Origin: Acanthaster planci
Lineage: Eukaryota
Direction: 5' to 3'
Assembly: GCF_001949145.1 (NCBI RefSeq)
Contig: NW_019091361.1
Span: 248,001 to 312,000 of the forward strand
Length of the DNA stretch: 64,000 nucleotides
Position 1 is the first letter of the stretch. Every line of letters begins with the position of its first letter. The position numbers and the translations under genes were made by a program. Below, piece by piece: positions 14,103 through 29,100 of this stretch. The notes under the pieces were generated by a model, which saw only the letters and a list, made by a program, of their open reading frames with translations, had not been told where the DNA came from and did not search any database.

Positions 14103-17100
14103 GTAGGCCTGAGAAGTATACCGCAAGAAAAATGTCATTAGTATGATCAGGCATTGTTCTGATCGTTGAGCAAAATGACAGGTCTATTCAAACCTGTCTA
14201 CAACTTTCAGATCAGTGTTATCAATTTTTAAGGACCACTTTTTTATTTTGTGTATACTTTTTTATATCAATACCCCACTACAACTGTCCCGATTTTTTTC
14301 AATTTACTTAATAGACAAACCAAAAATGAAAGAACTAGACCCAACTCATTGCTTGGAAAAAAATAGAAGTTAGAAATGGTTTTTGAGTAGTGTGGTTGTC
14401 AATTGACTGAGTGGCTTGGGTGTATAAAATATTGAAAAGTATTATTCACAAAGCTAATGAACCCAGTCTTGTGCACAAACTAATACAGTGTGAAACTTGT
14501 CTGAAAACCCAGAGTTTTTCTAAGTAAATGCTTCGGAATTTTCTTAGCTAAATATTATTTTTTAGGACATGTTATCTCTTTCTGATGGCTGTTATCACGG
14601 CATGTTAAGGGAAAATCAATGTCATCTTTACTGTATATGAACGCTTTATCTGTGGTGTTATGTTTGAGAAGTTGTTTGTAGTAAAATATTTAACGTTCAT
14701 GGCATTTCATTGTTCTGGCTGAAACTTACACTGTTGATGACAAGTTTTGATTAGAGCAAAGTCACATTTTGGGGGAAACACACCCTAATTGTCGTCTTTA
14801 CCATATTTACAGATTGACTTAACACATACAGTGAAAAAAATGCAAAGCATTGAAGTTAACAGGTTAAACACCATTTGTGACCGGCTCTAGAAAAATGGGT
14901 TATGAGTTTTTGATATATGGCTGGATTCTGTACATTAAAAGCTACAATTTGATATATGAATGACCCATGTAGTGCACTGCGTTCCTGAGATACATGTATA
15001 TAGACATTTGTATATCCACATTTTCGGATTCAATAAAAGCACTTTTCGAGAAAACACTCACAGAGAGTAGTGCTTGGAAACACAATGCTATGTAGGATTT
15101 TCTACTGGATAATCAATTTTTCATCTTTATTATCAGTATACATTTTTGTAATCACAAATTCTGAATATATAAATTTTATAGAAGCTATTAAGGAAAAAAA
15201 CACAAAATCATGTTTTTGAAGAAATTTTGCCCTCACCAAATAGAACAGACCATTACCTGTTTTGGCATTGCATGACCTATTTCCCTTTTTTGCAGAGCGG
15301 GTCACATTTACATGTACATCATCATTGAGGTACAATATATGTTCTCAGTTCTGTTATACAATTTGCAAAGATCCAACAGGTTTGCAACTTGGGGCACCTT
15401 GAGTTGAATGCTTTACTCTTCCATGGCCACATGATCGAACTCCATATTATTCACCAATTCTGTTACTCAAACCAGAGTACACACACTGTCATGTTGTCCT
15501 GTCTTTATCTACATAGGTAATGATGATGATGTAGATCCTTCATATTCAACATTGGGTTTTAATTTCTATCTGTAGATCCTGTATGGGCTTGTGAGGAGTT
15601 AGGCATTCTAGTATGTGAAGAATGTATGGATCTCCACTGTGTGCTTAGCAATGCCACCTTCAAATCCATCATTTGCCAAGACTGGACTGAAGAGAGCTAT
15701 AAGGTAAATGGAGCATAAGCCAATCAGGAATCACTTGTTAAAATATGTCCCTTTTATTTTGGCATTATTTTTAGGGTGGACTGTTGCTCTTTTAAAGAGA
15801 ATTCTCGGTCATTCACAATTTCACAGAGGTTTATGTAGAGATTTTCATTTCATATCCCTCACAGTGTTGAAAATAAATGTGTAAAGTTTTATTGTGAAAT
15901 TTACTAGCCTGGGCAAGGTGAAAACATATATCATTAATTTCATTATTTGATTTGTTTAAATTGCACTAATTTTTTAAACTTTACATTTACTTTGTTGTAA
16001 TCTCAGAGCACAGAGAAAGGCAAAGCGTACTTAAATATTGTTGTGTTTTGTTAAAACTTCACAAAAAAAGACATGAGAATTATATGGACCAACACTTTCA
16101 TCAGATGCAAGGGACCCAGAAAAACCAACTTGTTGATTGCAGTTCTCCTGAACTGTTGATAACGAGAAAGATACAAAAAATAAGTTTTTTATATAGTTTA
16201 CAGTGTATGCTGTTATGAAACAAATGAAAATTCAAGGAGGAGCACCTACGAGATGAAGTTTAAAGAAGACTGGACTTGTCATTTGAAAATCACCCCCCTC
16301 CCGTTTTGTAGAGTCTTGTGCCATTCAAATTTAGACATACGTGTACATACTCCGTGTATCTTTGTAACTGAGTAAAAGGAACTCGCTAAATTATTTTAAC
16401 AGTCCTGAATCTGTCAAACTTAAAAAGTTTCCAAATTAGAAATCTTAGGAAACTAGCCATTTTAGCCGATTGTTCATCCAGGATGGCACAAGAATTTTCA
16501 TTTTAAAAAGTAAGCTTGCCAACCACAGCACAAACAACCAAAAGCCTAACAAGGAAGTGTGGATGAATTGCCTTGTGGAATTTTCCTTGAATCAGCAACA
16601 AGTGGAACGAGAGTCGGTTTGGCTTGGAATGGTTTGGGAATTGCCCAGGATATCACAGACTCATCACTGACACAATATGAAAGGGTCCAATTTCAAGTTG
16701 TAACTGTCACCATTATTAAAATCTGATTTCCATGAAGAAGCTTAATGTAGTCTCAACAAGGTGACCAAATGATTGTGGTTCTGGATGAAACCGCATCTTT
16801 CCTCTTGCTACAAAGAGAGAACCTGTTTAAAGCCAGCTGCAATACGGGCCAACTTGTCCAGGACATTGAGGGTCCCCTGACCAGTGGTTTGGGATGTAGC
16901 CTTGAATAGTACTTTTCTTCAAATTGTGAAGGGGGGCAGAATTTAAGGGGAGACTGGAGACTTGATTGAGGGTATCCAACATCACTGGTCAGTTAGCACC
17001 ATTTTAAGCTGCCTCTTTTGTTGTTAATAGTTGTTTGAAAACATAATGCTCACAGTATTCTTGAGGCCACTTTGTCATGCATGTGTCCGTCAGTAATCAT

Positions 17101-20100
17101 CAGGCAGTTTGAAAGGTTCTCTGCTTTTCTTAACTTGAAAATGTTGAATTGTCCTAATACACACTGTCCCACGTAAGCTGAAAAATTTAACACGCATGGA
17201 GAGTTACCCATCAAACGTTCATTTTTTGCCGTCTCTGTTAAAAGTAATGGGGTAAATGCCTGTATTACATGTATATGCCATGCCTATGAACAGGTTTAGG
17301 CAAGCATTCAAAAAATGGGTTTCAAAGCTGGATTTATAATTGGAAAACCTTTCCAAAATGTTGAAGTTCATTTATTGCACACATACATGTACATGTATGT
17401 GTAAAACTAAATGTGATGTCTGAAATGATCTATATGGTTCTACAAACGCCATCCAGACACTTACATGTAGCTCCATAACTAAGTTGACTAAGTAGATCTT
17501 GCCACTAAACACATTTTAAGAAAAGAACAAAGATTTTTCTTGTCTGCCTACATAATGTGTACACACAATGGTAGTGCGCTAACCTTACATACATGTACTT
17601 AGTGTGGACTTGTAAACAAAAGATGTCCACATGATGCAGGAAAGGAAGACGTTCTGTGGACTTACACATGTCCACAGGACGTTTCCCCTTCTCTGAAAAT
17701 GAAGTTTAGAGTCATTTTGGGGTAGGGGTCATCTGTCGTAAAAGAACGAGTCAAGGAAACTTTGTACAAAAGCCAGCTGAAAATCGTGTTCTTAGTTCAA
17801 GAAAAATGAGTATTTTCACTGAGTTTTCTTAACTGCACAAAATGAAAGGAATGTCCACTCAAGGTATGTTAGGTAAGTGTGTGTGGGTGGCATACATAGT
17901 GTGGACCTCTGCACAAAAGAGGTCCACATAATGTTGGGTGCGCCGTGGCGTAGTGGGGACGTGTGTGGGTGTGTGTGTGTGAAGGTTTTGGGGTTTTTTT
18001 CAAGCATGGTACCCCATGGTAGACACCAGTGTAAACAATACAATGCAAGCACAGCTATTGATAGATATTGGCCTCTGCACTCTAGTCAAAACTCTATAGG
18101 GCTGGTTCCCCCATAATAATGGATGCACATACAGTGAAACATGCACAACCAAGTTGAAGTGGCCTCAAGCATTTCCACACTATTCAATATGTGTATGACT
18201 CTAAGGGTATTGACGGTGAGAAAAAATACATGTATCATGGAGGAAGTAAGACAAGCAGTGGTGCATGCCAGTGATGTATACTGTACAGGGTTCAACTACA
18301 AAACTGAACAGACCAACAGTCAATGAAGTACAGACTACTGATATGCTGAGCACTATACCGAAAATTGGCATACAAACAACACTTATGACACACTTTGCTG
18401 TGGAAGGACACCATGTTTGTTGATGTTTGAAGCACGCTATACTGTAGGTCATGTGACTTAGCTGGCGCAATCGGTGTATTGGTATGTCGTAAAAAACAAA
18501 CAAAACATGTGTACAATACTAACAAAACGGCTAACCAGTTGCACATGTGCCAGGAGTTGAAATAATTTACATAAACTAATGGCAGGCCATTAACTCCAAT
18601 GTCACAGGCTTACAAACATAGATTATTATAAACATGGATTCTAACATAACTACAAAAACTATAACATTTAAAATTGAATAATTACATGTACATTCATAAA
18701 TAGCTTAGACAATTACACTACATACATTTCTATTGGTCGAAACCAGTCGAAACACGTCACATGACTGTGTATGTAACATTTGGTAATGCCCGCTGCAATT
18801 TAATAATGCTGCTCTGTGAAAATGCGTAGGTACCTATACGAAACAGCTTAGTCCATTTCTATTGGTCAAAAGTTGGTATGTCCCGTGGCATGTCACATGT
18901 GTGCCAGTTCCGTAAAGGGGATTCTGATGTACTACTTGCTCCAGGAATATACTATAAAATGGACGGGGGTGTTTGGGAAAATAAAATAAAAATTTTTGAA
19001 CAAAGTCCTCGGAAATTTATTCTACATGTACATGTATATTGTCTTCTTTTGACACTCTGACTAAAATCTGTGGTTCGGGCATTAGTCACGTCCAAATGAG
19101 TCGGTCTTAAACACACATTTAAGACCGGCCAAGAACATAATTATTCCCTTAATGCAAAATAATCCACGTCCCTTGTTGAAAAGTTACATGATATCACACG
19201 TTGCACATACTGCCAGTATCATTTAAAAAAGGGACAATTTAGGACACCACAAATGACAAAGAAAACCCTCAAAGAATGCACAAGACTTGCCCTTCAACAG
19301 AGAAAGTCACATAAATGGAAAAAGGGCAGTTGTGCAACAATGCACACTTTTCTGTTCCTTTTGCCAAACTTGGCCTAAACTAAACAAGCCCACATGTACA
19401 TGTATTTCTGATGGAGGTAGAATTCTGGAGCAAACTGTAATCACCTTGAGCAGAAGCACCCCTTCATCAGTTGAAAAGAGCCATGCTGGTCCTCAGTGTT
19501 CGTTTGTTGGTAGCGATGTGTAATCATTCATGAACCAGCGAAGTGTACATGTAGTTCCTACCAAAGGAGCCTAGGTCCAGCTTAGGGCCATAATGAAGGC
19601 CAGCCCTGGAGCTGCATTCGCCCCCCCGAAACCCTATAAATGTCAAATTTGTAACTTATTTTTCTCTTGTGCTTGAGGATTAGGGTTGAACATGGCTTTG
19701 TGGTTTAAATAACTACCAATGTGTAGTTATGATTATGACATGGTTGATAGGAGTCAGCTCTTATCCTGATAAAAATGATTTAACATTACCAATATTTTGT
19801 AAATATCCTCAGCTACATATTTCCAAATCAACTGATGGATTGCAAGTGTCTTTAAATTCCTCTAATTGAATTTGGTTGGTTTGAATTATTTTTGTTTTGC
19901 CCTTTTGTAGGCAGGCACCTTTATACATGTATAATTGTGTCTCTTTTAGATTTTTCTGTGTGCATGGAGCTGCCACTTGCCATCAGTCTCAATATTTTGT
20001 TTATTCTTCTTTCCCGTCTTACATGTATGTATCTTATATCTTATATCTGAGAATTTTGAGTTACATGTATTTTATTTGGATTTTCATGCAGAAAATGGCA

Positions 20101-23100
20101 TCAACAAACAACAATGCCTCCAAGGAAATCTATGAGAAACATCTCTGTCCTGCTTACAAGAAACCTACACGATGCTTCAATATGTAAGATATATCAGCAA
20201 TTCCTGTTTCTTCCTTGTATTGCTGAAATTCAAAAATTATTCCCTTCCATCTACCGAAACTTGTGTTTTGACCACTGTTTCTGAAGTTTGTAAAGATGAA
20301 AAATTTTGTAAAAGTAGATAGAACTGATTCTATCAATCAATACATACCACCGTAAAAAGGTCTCGGGTTGTACATTTGAATTTTCACCTTTTTGTGTCCA
20401 TCAGTATTGACTTCATCAGAACTGAAAGAAGAAAGTTTTCAAGAACAGTTTTGAATGTTCCAGTTCCATATTCCAAGAGCACATGCCCAAATGAATGCAT
20501 CCAAGGTCATTCAGGTGCACTAGTATGCACACATTTGCACAGAGAGTCTGCCCCATCAGTGCAGCCACACACTGACTCGTACACATACTTTGTTCTTGTC
20601 CTTTCCCCTTTAGAATAAAGAATGGCTCAAGTGCACTTTATTTCATTGAAAAGCAGCACTAACACGGTTAAGTTCTCCTGCAAATTATACATTGCATTTC
20701 ATTAGTTAAAGCAGAGACACTTCCTGACTACTATTGTGCTCTTCTTTGGTGTCCTTTGAGATACACAGTGTGTGATTTCATTCAGCTGATTGTGCTTTAA
20801 CTAACAAGGAAAAGAATTTGTTTTTGTGGCCATTTTGTCATCAAACCATTTTAGTCACAAAGTCAAAGAAAACGGATGCAAAGTCAGCGCAACAAAAACG
20901 AACTGGTCCAATGTCGCACAGCCCGGGCTGACACAACAGTGTGCCTGTCCGTGCGAACAATCTGTTATTTGCTTCCTGTTCTTTGCCCTACATAGATTCC
21001 CCTCTCCCTGTCCTCTCTTCCAGATCAGGGTCTTTGTTGATAATCCAGGATTGTTAAAAGTACACAAAACCTTCAGCAGAAGTCGTCAGGTCATATCAAG
21101 TTCTTCATTACGTGCTTAAGCTTGTTAGAGGTCACTTGCACACAGTACATGCATGTACGCATTTATGTGTAAATCGTTTTAAACCACAGTGTCAGACTAA
21201 TTCTTGTTTCCTCATATTTGGTTTATCAGTCCATAAAACCAACATTAGTACAAGTACACCTAAATTTAACTTAATGTGTAGAACAAAGTTCACATTGCTT
21301 TAATGTCACATTTAGGCCTATACTCCCGGGAACCATATTTCTTTTGCTTAAAGTAGCAATTTATATTTACTTTATATGGGTTTGGCGTTACACCTAAAGG
21401 GTTGCCATGATCATCCATTCCCCATTTGGGGGAGGGGGCTATTTTTGTGAGTGCGAAGACATCCTAGAGCAGGAAATCTTGCAATAACGAGAATTAGTTT
21501 TTCCCACTTTCAACCATCGCCTGTCCCACTAGAACCCATGCAGTACTGTTCCTTTCTCTTATATGTACCTCCTGTCCCACAAGAACCCATGCAACACTGT
21601 TCCCCTCATTGCTACCTCCTGTCCCACTAGAACCATGCAGCCCTAGGCCTGTTCCTTTACCCTACCTCCTGTCCCACCAGAACTCAGCTCTCCTGTTCCA
21701 CTAGAACCTATAGCACTTACTTCCTGTCCCACCAGAACTTATGCAGCAGTGTTTCTTTCCCCTACCCCCTGTCCCACCAGAACCCATGCAGCACTATGCC
21801 TTTCCCCTACCTCCTGTCCCACCAGAACCCATGCAGCACTATGCCTTTCCCCTACCTCCTGTACCACTGAAACCCAGTAATGTTCCTTTTCCCTGCCCAC
21901 AGTGAAGTATATCTTATGCATGATTGATAAAACCCACCGTTCACAGTTTTGTGGGCCCTCCAATCAGCAAACTGTGACCTTTGCATTCATAGCAGTGAGC
22001 TATGAGCTCAAACCAACTGCCCTTTCACTGATATTTGGCGTAATCTACAAGCACAAGCCCACTGAACAGGAAACGATGAAGCTGTGTCTGACTTACAGCT
22101 TCCTGTTCTCACATGTAGATTTCCTTGCATCACCACATTGTTTGAAAATTGTGTGAAAATTGTTGCCTGTTAAAAACGTTTGGGATCGAATTAACATGAT
22201 GCCATCAAAACTGGATGATCTAAGTCGCATTTTCTGCTGTTTGCATATATTTTCCTTGTTTAATGTGCATTTTGTAGCCAGCAGATGTATTCAGTGTTTT
22301 TAAAACAATGTTTTTGTTAGTTTTTTAGTTAAAGGTGACAGACAATTGTTCACCCTGAAGAGATTGTGAACAATTTGTCATCTGATGGATCCTTTTATCG
22401 AATTGATTCACCTTTTGGTATACAGTTCTGTACAGATGAGAATGTCATCAGTGACTATTTTAACCATATCCTCTGTACATAGGAAGTGAAGGGTTAGACA
22501 CTTAGCTTAAAAAAAATTACAGTCGAACACAGGTAGGCCTAAAGCACGACTGATGCCAGCCTATCAGTGGTAACTAATTAAAAGGGGACCAATTAGGAAC
22601 AGAGCTCTTCAAATGTACCGGGTATTTCAAATGTGAACAAATGTTTGTGTGTACATGCACCTGTAGCTTGACTTTCAATCTGATAAGCATCGTCCTACCT
22701 CCATGGTATTATTTAGCTTGCTGGTCGCATGTGCATGTACTGGCAGTAGGTCGTCCTGTAAGTGGTCGTGTAAATCATCAATGATGGGAAGTGGAATATT
22801 GTAGGTGGCAGTTTAGAAAACACCAAATCAGAAAAGAATCAAAACCAAAGCAAACAAACACCTCAAGTCCTACGGGATATGTGTATGTCATGCGTGACCT
22901 ATTATCACTCCAAAGACCACACATTACAAGAAAACAAAATCTGCAAGGCTGATCTTCGGTAACTGCTACAATAAAACAGTGTTGTCTCACACTAGCTACG
23001 CCCTATCCTAGATGCAATACCATCTAACCTCGTAAGAACACATGCTATGCTGGGTGTGATCAGCTAGATTATATTTTGACTCCTTACAAACCTGATCTGT

Positions 23101-26100
23101 TGAAGGAATTTTTAACATACATTTATGTGTGTACACGCTAATAATTCTATCAGTGTGTTTAGTGGACATGAAAAGCTGTTTGAAGAGAGTTTTTCCATAT
23201 TGAATTAAATGAATGGAACTCAGACTTCAGTGACTGAAAAGGTGCATTACAGTGTAGATTCAAATACATGTACATGTAGTTTTACCCTTATTTAGACATT
23301 ATCATCTATTGTACATGTACATGTTTAATTGTGCATCAAAAGTACATGTAAATGCACCTGCAGTGCACATACATGTACATTTCAAATGTACACTGACTGT
23401 TGTGAGCAGACTATAGGCAACAATCAACTCAACTACATGTAAGAAATGTCTTCATGTACATAGTACATTTCATCAGTGGGTATACATGTACATGTAATAC
23501 ATGCATGACATGTAGAGTCAAGTGTGTGATGTGTACAGGTGACTCTAAATTTGTCCCTTGATTGTAACACAACCTTAGCCAATTATCTTCTACCAGCTAC
23601 AGTTTTTGCTTTTACCAGTTTTAAACATGGATTTGACATATCTGGGATAGGGAGTTAAATTTGTAACTCAAAACCAAAGTTCTTTTGCAAAAGTCTGCTA
23701 TTTTAGCATTAATGTTTTATAATTTTTGTGGAGTCGGTTGTAGCATTCAGCATTGCAACATCATTAGACTCAGACCAATTAAAACAGAAACTGCCCAAAA
23801 GGACTTTTTTCTGAGACCATCATCAGTCCAACACAAGTGAAATTGTGAGTCTGGTCACAACGGGGGATGAACATTGGAATAAGTTTTGTTTTATCACAGG
23901 TCGTTTGAACAACTTTGACGTGACTTATGAAGACTGGATGATTTTGTGATAGGGCTTATTGGAGAATGTGTGCCACTCTGTTGCATTGAAATTTATAGAC
24001 CGTTGGGTTTTCAGGACATATAGGATTTTTAGTTTCTGGTTTTAATTACTTACATTCAGAGAATTCAGAAAGCAGTGGATCACGGCCAAGTACTTGCGTA
24101 AGGAGTTTGTATCTGCTGAGAACCAACCCAAGTACATGCAGGGTAAGAAGTCAGGTTACCTGTGGAAGCTGGGTCGGGACAGTCAAGTCTTCCAGCGACG
24201 ATGGTTTGTCTTGGATCCAAGTGGGAAAGGCACACTGCGATACTACACTGATGCAAATGTAATTCTCCAGTCTTTGCTCTTGTTGATTTCAATTTATCTT
24301 TAAAAACTACTAAGGTTGTCAGATTAACAATCAAAATTCATTGAGTGGAAAACAGTACTACACTGTATATTAAAGTTGGTACTGCGTCCCATTTTTCAAA
24401 CATTTTCACAGCTGTTTGTTTCATGTTATCAGGAGCAGTCACTTCGAGGGGAGATATCCCTGTTCAAGATGAATATGGTTCTTGCGTCACCCGAAAAGAT
24501 TGGTCATCCAAACGGACTGCAGATAGTCTACCCAGACAACAAGGGGCAAAATACTCGCATGATCTATCTCTATGCTGAAATGGCCAAGGTAATTCTCTTT
24601 AAGTGCATAGCAAGTGTCATATGCGTACTGTCAGAATAACGTCACATAACATAATTGGCTCTCAGTAAACCTTTGTTCATTACTTGTACCCGGAATAGAT
24701 GGGGAAATTAGAACAAAGTAATGTGACCTAGATTGCTGTCATTAACTATGGCAGTAATGAGAGATTTGAGTAATACTATTCTTGTGGTTCAGTGCTTCTA
24801 GCTGATTCTAACATGTACTGACCTGTAACAAGGTACCGTTTATATTGAGTCAGATCAAAACTGACAATGTGGTCTGACACTTGGAATTGTGTCAAGTGGG
24901 GAAAAAGGCATGCTATGTCCAAGTATTTGGAAAGGGATTCAGAAATGGAATTGAATCGAACCCATCTCTAAGTCCTGGAAATACATGTGTAATTGTTGTT
25001 TTAATTTGAAAACATCTTTCCAACTATCGCATATTTTACTAATTCAAAGTAGCAAGTCCACATAGCCTTAAAACTTGGAGTTTATTACCTTGTAGTGGCA
25101 CAAAAAACGATATATAAGTCAGCACACTTTAAGATTCAACTATAACACTTAGTATTATATGAATGCATACAGCTTGTAAGTTTATTCTTCTCCCTCCAAT
25201 GCATCAGTTTTCAAAGACTTTGTACAAATTTGGCTAAGACTGGCCAACAAAATGTTGGCCACTACTGGACAGCTATGCACATATAGGAACAAACTGCACT
25301 ATTTCATCATAGGGAGTGATCATGAGAATGAGATATGGTAAAATACACTTTTGTATAAAGGATTCAAATAAAACAGCAAATCTTATCAACAGCTTGACCA
25401 TTTATTTCAAAAATAACTCCAGAAGAAAGAATTTGAGAAGGGCAATAACTGCACATGAACGTAATCGGGCACACAGCCTAATACAAGCAACTGCCCAAGA
25501 ATTAAATTTACTGTTGTAGGGAGATCATAGCAAGCACCAACAATACATGAATATTCAATTTCCTATACTTCAGTGTACAAAGTTATGAAGGATGCAGATT
25601 ACCAGCAAAAAATTGCAGTTGTGATCATATGATACCTGACAGATACCAGGCATGCCAGAAAGCAGTAATTGGACAGATGTTATAACCTGGGCAGTTTAAA
25701 CTCCTTCTGTGTCCTAAGTTCCTGGTCTTAATGACTCATTTTATTTGGCTGAACCCATGAACCCAATGTTTAGTAGGTCAAGACTGAGATTGTCTATGAT
25801 TCATTGAAACTTCCCTTCGTGGATAGTAGCTTTTAGTGATTATGTAAAATTTACATTTCCGTGTGGTCCAATAATGTTTCCTTAGTTGACTGCTTGTGTT
25901 GCTACCAGAGTTCTTATGTCAAAGGGCACTATACTCGTCAGGCTCAGCAGAAAATTGTTGATAGGCCTTTAAAATGATGGTTACTGTACATCTCATGAAC
26001 GTTACCCTGACCTTGCCATGGCAAGTTTGATGTTGAGAAGGGGGTACAGTTGGAAACCTCCTGTCTTGCGTATGTGTCAAATGTATCAAATTTTTTTTGT

Positions 26101-29100
26101 TTTAAAGAACTATTGATATTCGTATGTACTATCTAATTAATATTCATATTTCCCACCAGGATATGGTGGAATGGTTCCAGGCAGTGCGATGTCTTAAGTT
26201 TTTCATTCGGAAAAGCACAAGTGTTGATAAAGATGAGGATATTGTGAGTATACATTGCAGTGTACAGTTGCACGTTGATTACTTTCATTGATTAAATGCA
26301 TAAAAAATAAATTTATTTAAAAAAAAATAAGTTGCAAATTCCAGTTGAATTTCCTCTACTTTAACTGTTTGATTCTTTCTTGGCATTTTGGTAGATTTCT
26401 CGTATTCTGAAGTATGACATCCTTAAGGAGGGTTACCTGCTCAAGACTGGAGCCAAAGGCAAGGAGGCTTTTCGTAAACGCTGGATTGTTCTGGACAAGA
26501 TGTGCCTCATGTACTTCAAAGAACCACTGGTATGTTGAGACCGTGTTGAGATATTTTTTGGTGGTGTAGCGGTTTTTTGTTTGAGTTTTGTCCTAAGCCC
26601 AAACCCTGTTGTTATTCTTTGGATTTTACTCGTTTCTGTCTGCACTACTTTTTAGAATAAACATCAACCGTGAGGTCCATAATCTTTGGCAGCAAGCGTA
26701 AACTCAGGTCTTCATTTTTTGTCATGTACATAAAAATCATGTGACCCTTGTTATAGCCGAAAAAAGAATGGCTGTGTACATCAAAAGAGGTAATAAACAA
26801 TTGGTATCAATGCTGTTTGTCTCTGGTTGTATAATGCTATTCAAAACTTTGACCGTTGATGTCATGGAATTCTCAAGCACCATATTGCGGCAGGTTGAAA
26901 ATTGTCAAATGCATTTTCAACTGATGTCTATAGTTTGCTGTAATCACTTGGTAGACATGATGACATTCAAGTAAACAAGTTTGAAACTGATGATATCACC
27001 ATACCAGAAGTTACAGTAAAAAGATGTTTAGTATTTCAAAAATCACAAAAATCACTTCTGAAAGATATGATCTTGAAGCTCCATTAAGAGATAGAATAAG
27101 CTTTGGCATCAATTGTCTGAGGTGTTCAGCTGGTCTTATGGTGAATGGGACCCTCCGATAAAAATATGCCAATAGTCTTTTTTTCAAAACTTCAAGACAA
27201 ATTTGCTGTATACACACATTCACTTGATGAGAGTGCAGTATTCCACCATTGTCATGCATCTTCAAACTGGGTCAAAATTATCATGGTGTAACCAAGTCAG
27301 TGTGTTGTCCCGTGGTTAAAAGTATGAATGTGGACCTACAAGGTGCTAATCAATTCTCACTGTGGCAACATTATTTTTTTTCATCCAAATGAGGTCATGT
27401 TTCCTTTTGCTCTCCAAGCTTCATAACCAATGCTGTTGTTGGTCCTTCATTGTTGACCACTACCCAAACCTCTACGTTTGTCAAATACCAAACACTAATT
27501 ATGTCTTGTTTTTAATTGTTTTTGTCTTTTGTGTGTATTTTGGTGGGGAGTTAATGTTTCATATATGTATTACAGTCATTTGCAAAAGTTTAGGACCACC
27601 CATAGAAAATGCATTAACCTGAAGGAAAACCAAACTTAAACCAATCGCAACTTATGTTTATTTTAATGTGTAACCTTGTTGAACATTTTTGACTACATTT
27701 CCATGATTTGACATGTTAACAGTCTAATATTCAGTGTTTCCCCCCTTATTTCTAATCACTTAGACTGGCTTTTTTTTTCACAAGCTGCCTTACAGACAAA
27801 ATGTCATACAAGACCTGCCTTTGCAAAAAATTTCATTCAAATGGGTATATAGCACTACACTGATGTTATGCAACACTGTACAATCATGTTAAGTAATCAG
27901 TCAATGAGACAATGTAATGCAGGCCCAGTGACAGAAATACCAATAAAATTCCAGGTGGTGTTAAACTTTCGCAAATGACTGTACTATTTCATTGGTTTTT
28001 ATAAATGAATCCTCTAAATTTATGAAGTGTTTCCTTGACAATTAGTGAAAATACTTGCTGTCTGGTGCAAACCATGAAGAATAGTCTCATTTAGAGACCT
28101 TTTGTGTACCACCTAAAGCTCAATCATTGCACCACAAAGAGTTTAACATTTGGACCTTCCATTGGCTGATAATATACTGAGGAACATCTATTTGTTTTCA
28201 GAAAACTGTTTAGAGGATTTTGCTTGTTGTCCCCCCCCCGCTGGAATAAACCAGACTTTTTGGGGCTGTTTTCCTGAGTTTGGTGTTTCTGTTGTGGGTA
28301 CATGTATAATATCACTTCATTTTGGTGGGGTTTTTTTGTTTTAGGATGCTAATCCCAAAGGTACAATTCCTATGAAGGGAGGTTATTCCCTCATCCTGAG
28401 TGGACAGCTGGACCCAGAGAATCGAGGCTTTCACTTTTACCTGAAGACTCCAGGCAGAATCTACCATTTCATTGCAGATAGTGACCATGAACGTAAAGCA
28501 TGGTTCAATGCCATTCATGCCGCCTGCAACAGGGCTAGTGGAGGTAAGGACTGGGGGCTTTGGAAGGGGCTGAGAGAGCTGAGGTTGAAAATGGAAAGGA
28601 ATGGTTTTTAGTCTTTGATGAATAAAGCACAGATTGCATGATTATGGTACTCAGAAATTAAGGTTGTCTTGAAGCGTAGCATCCCATAATGCCTCATTAT
28701 TGACAATGTGAGTTTCAAACATGATGTTCAAACATTTCCTTACATTTAAAAACTTAACGAAAATATATTTTCTTTTTCCCACAGTGTGTTCCAAGAACAA
28801 AGGTCCTACTCTAGCAGGTGGAAAATGGGTAACAGCCTCGTCACCTCCAACACAAGTAGAATCATCACATAAGACGAAGGAGAACACTTCCAGCCCTGAA
28901 GGTTCAGCATCATCAACATCCAGAGAAAGTGTCCTTGATATCACCAAGACAGCTAAGGCATCCCCTGGTCCTGGAGGAGAAGACAGCTCAGATGTAGACG
29001 ATAACTTTGTGGCTCTCTCTGCCCCCTTTGCTGGTGTCAGGCCAAGCACTAAGCCACGCCCCCAACACACCCTTGCTGATTATCATGGGCGGGGTCATGG

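Noticed and set aside
28721..28784. ATG at 28721 as the start of an independent ZU5-UPA-DD gene
   Set aside because: It lies in AT-rich intron sequence before a strong acceptor (28784) whose phase matches the exon-8 donor 241 nt upstream; little room for a promoter
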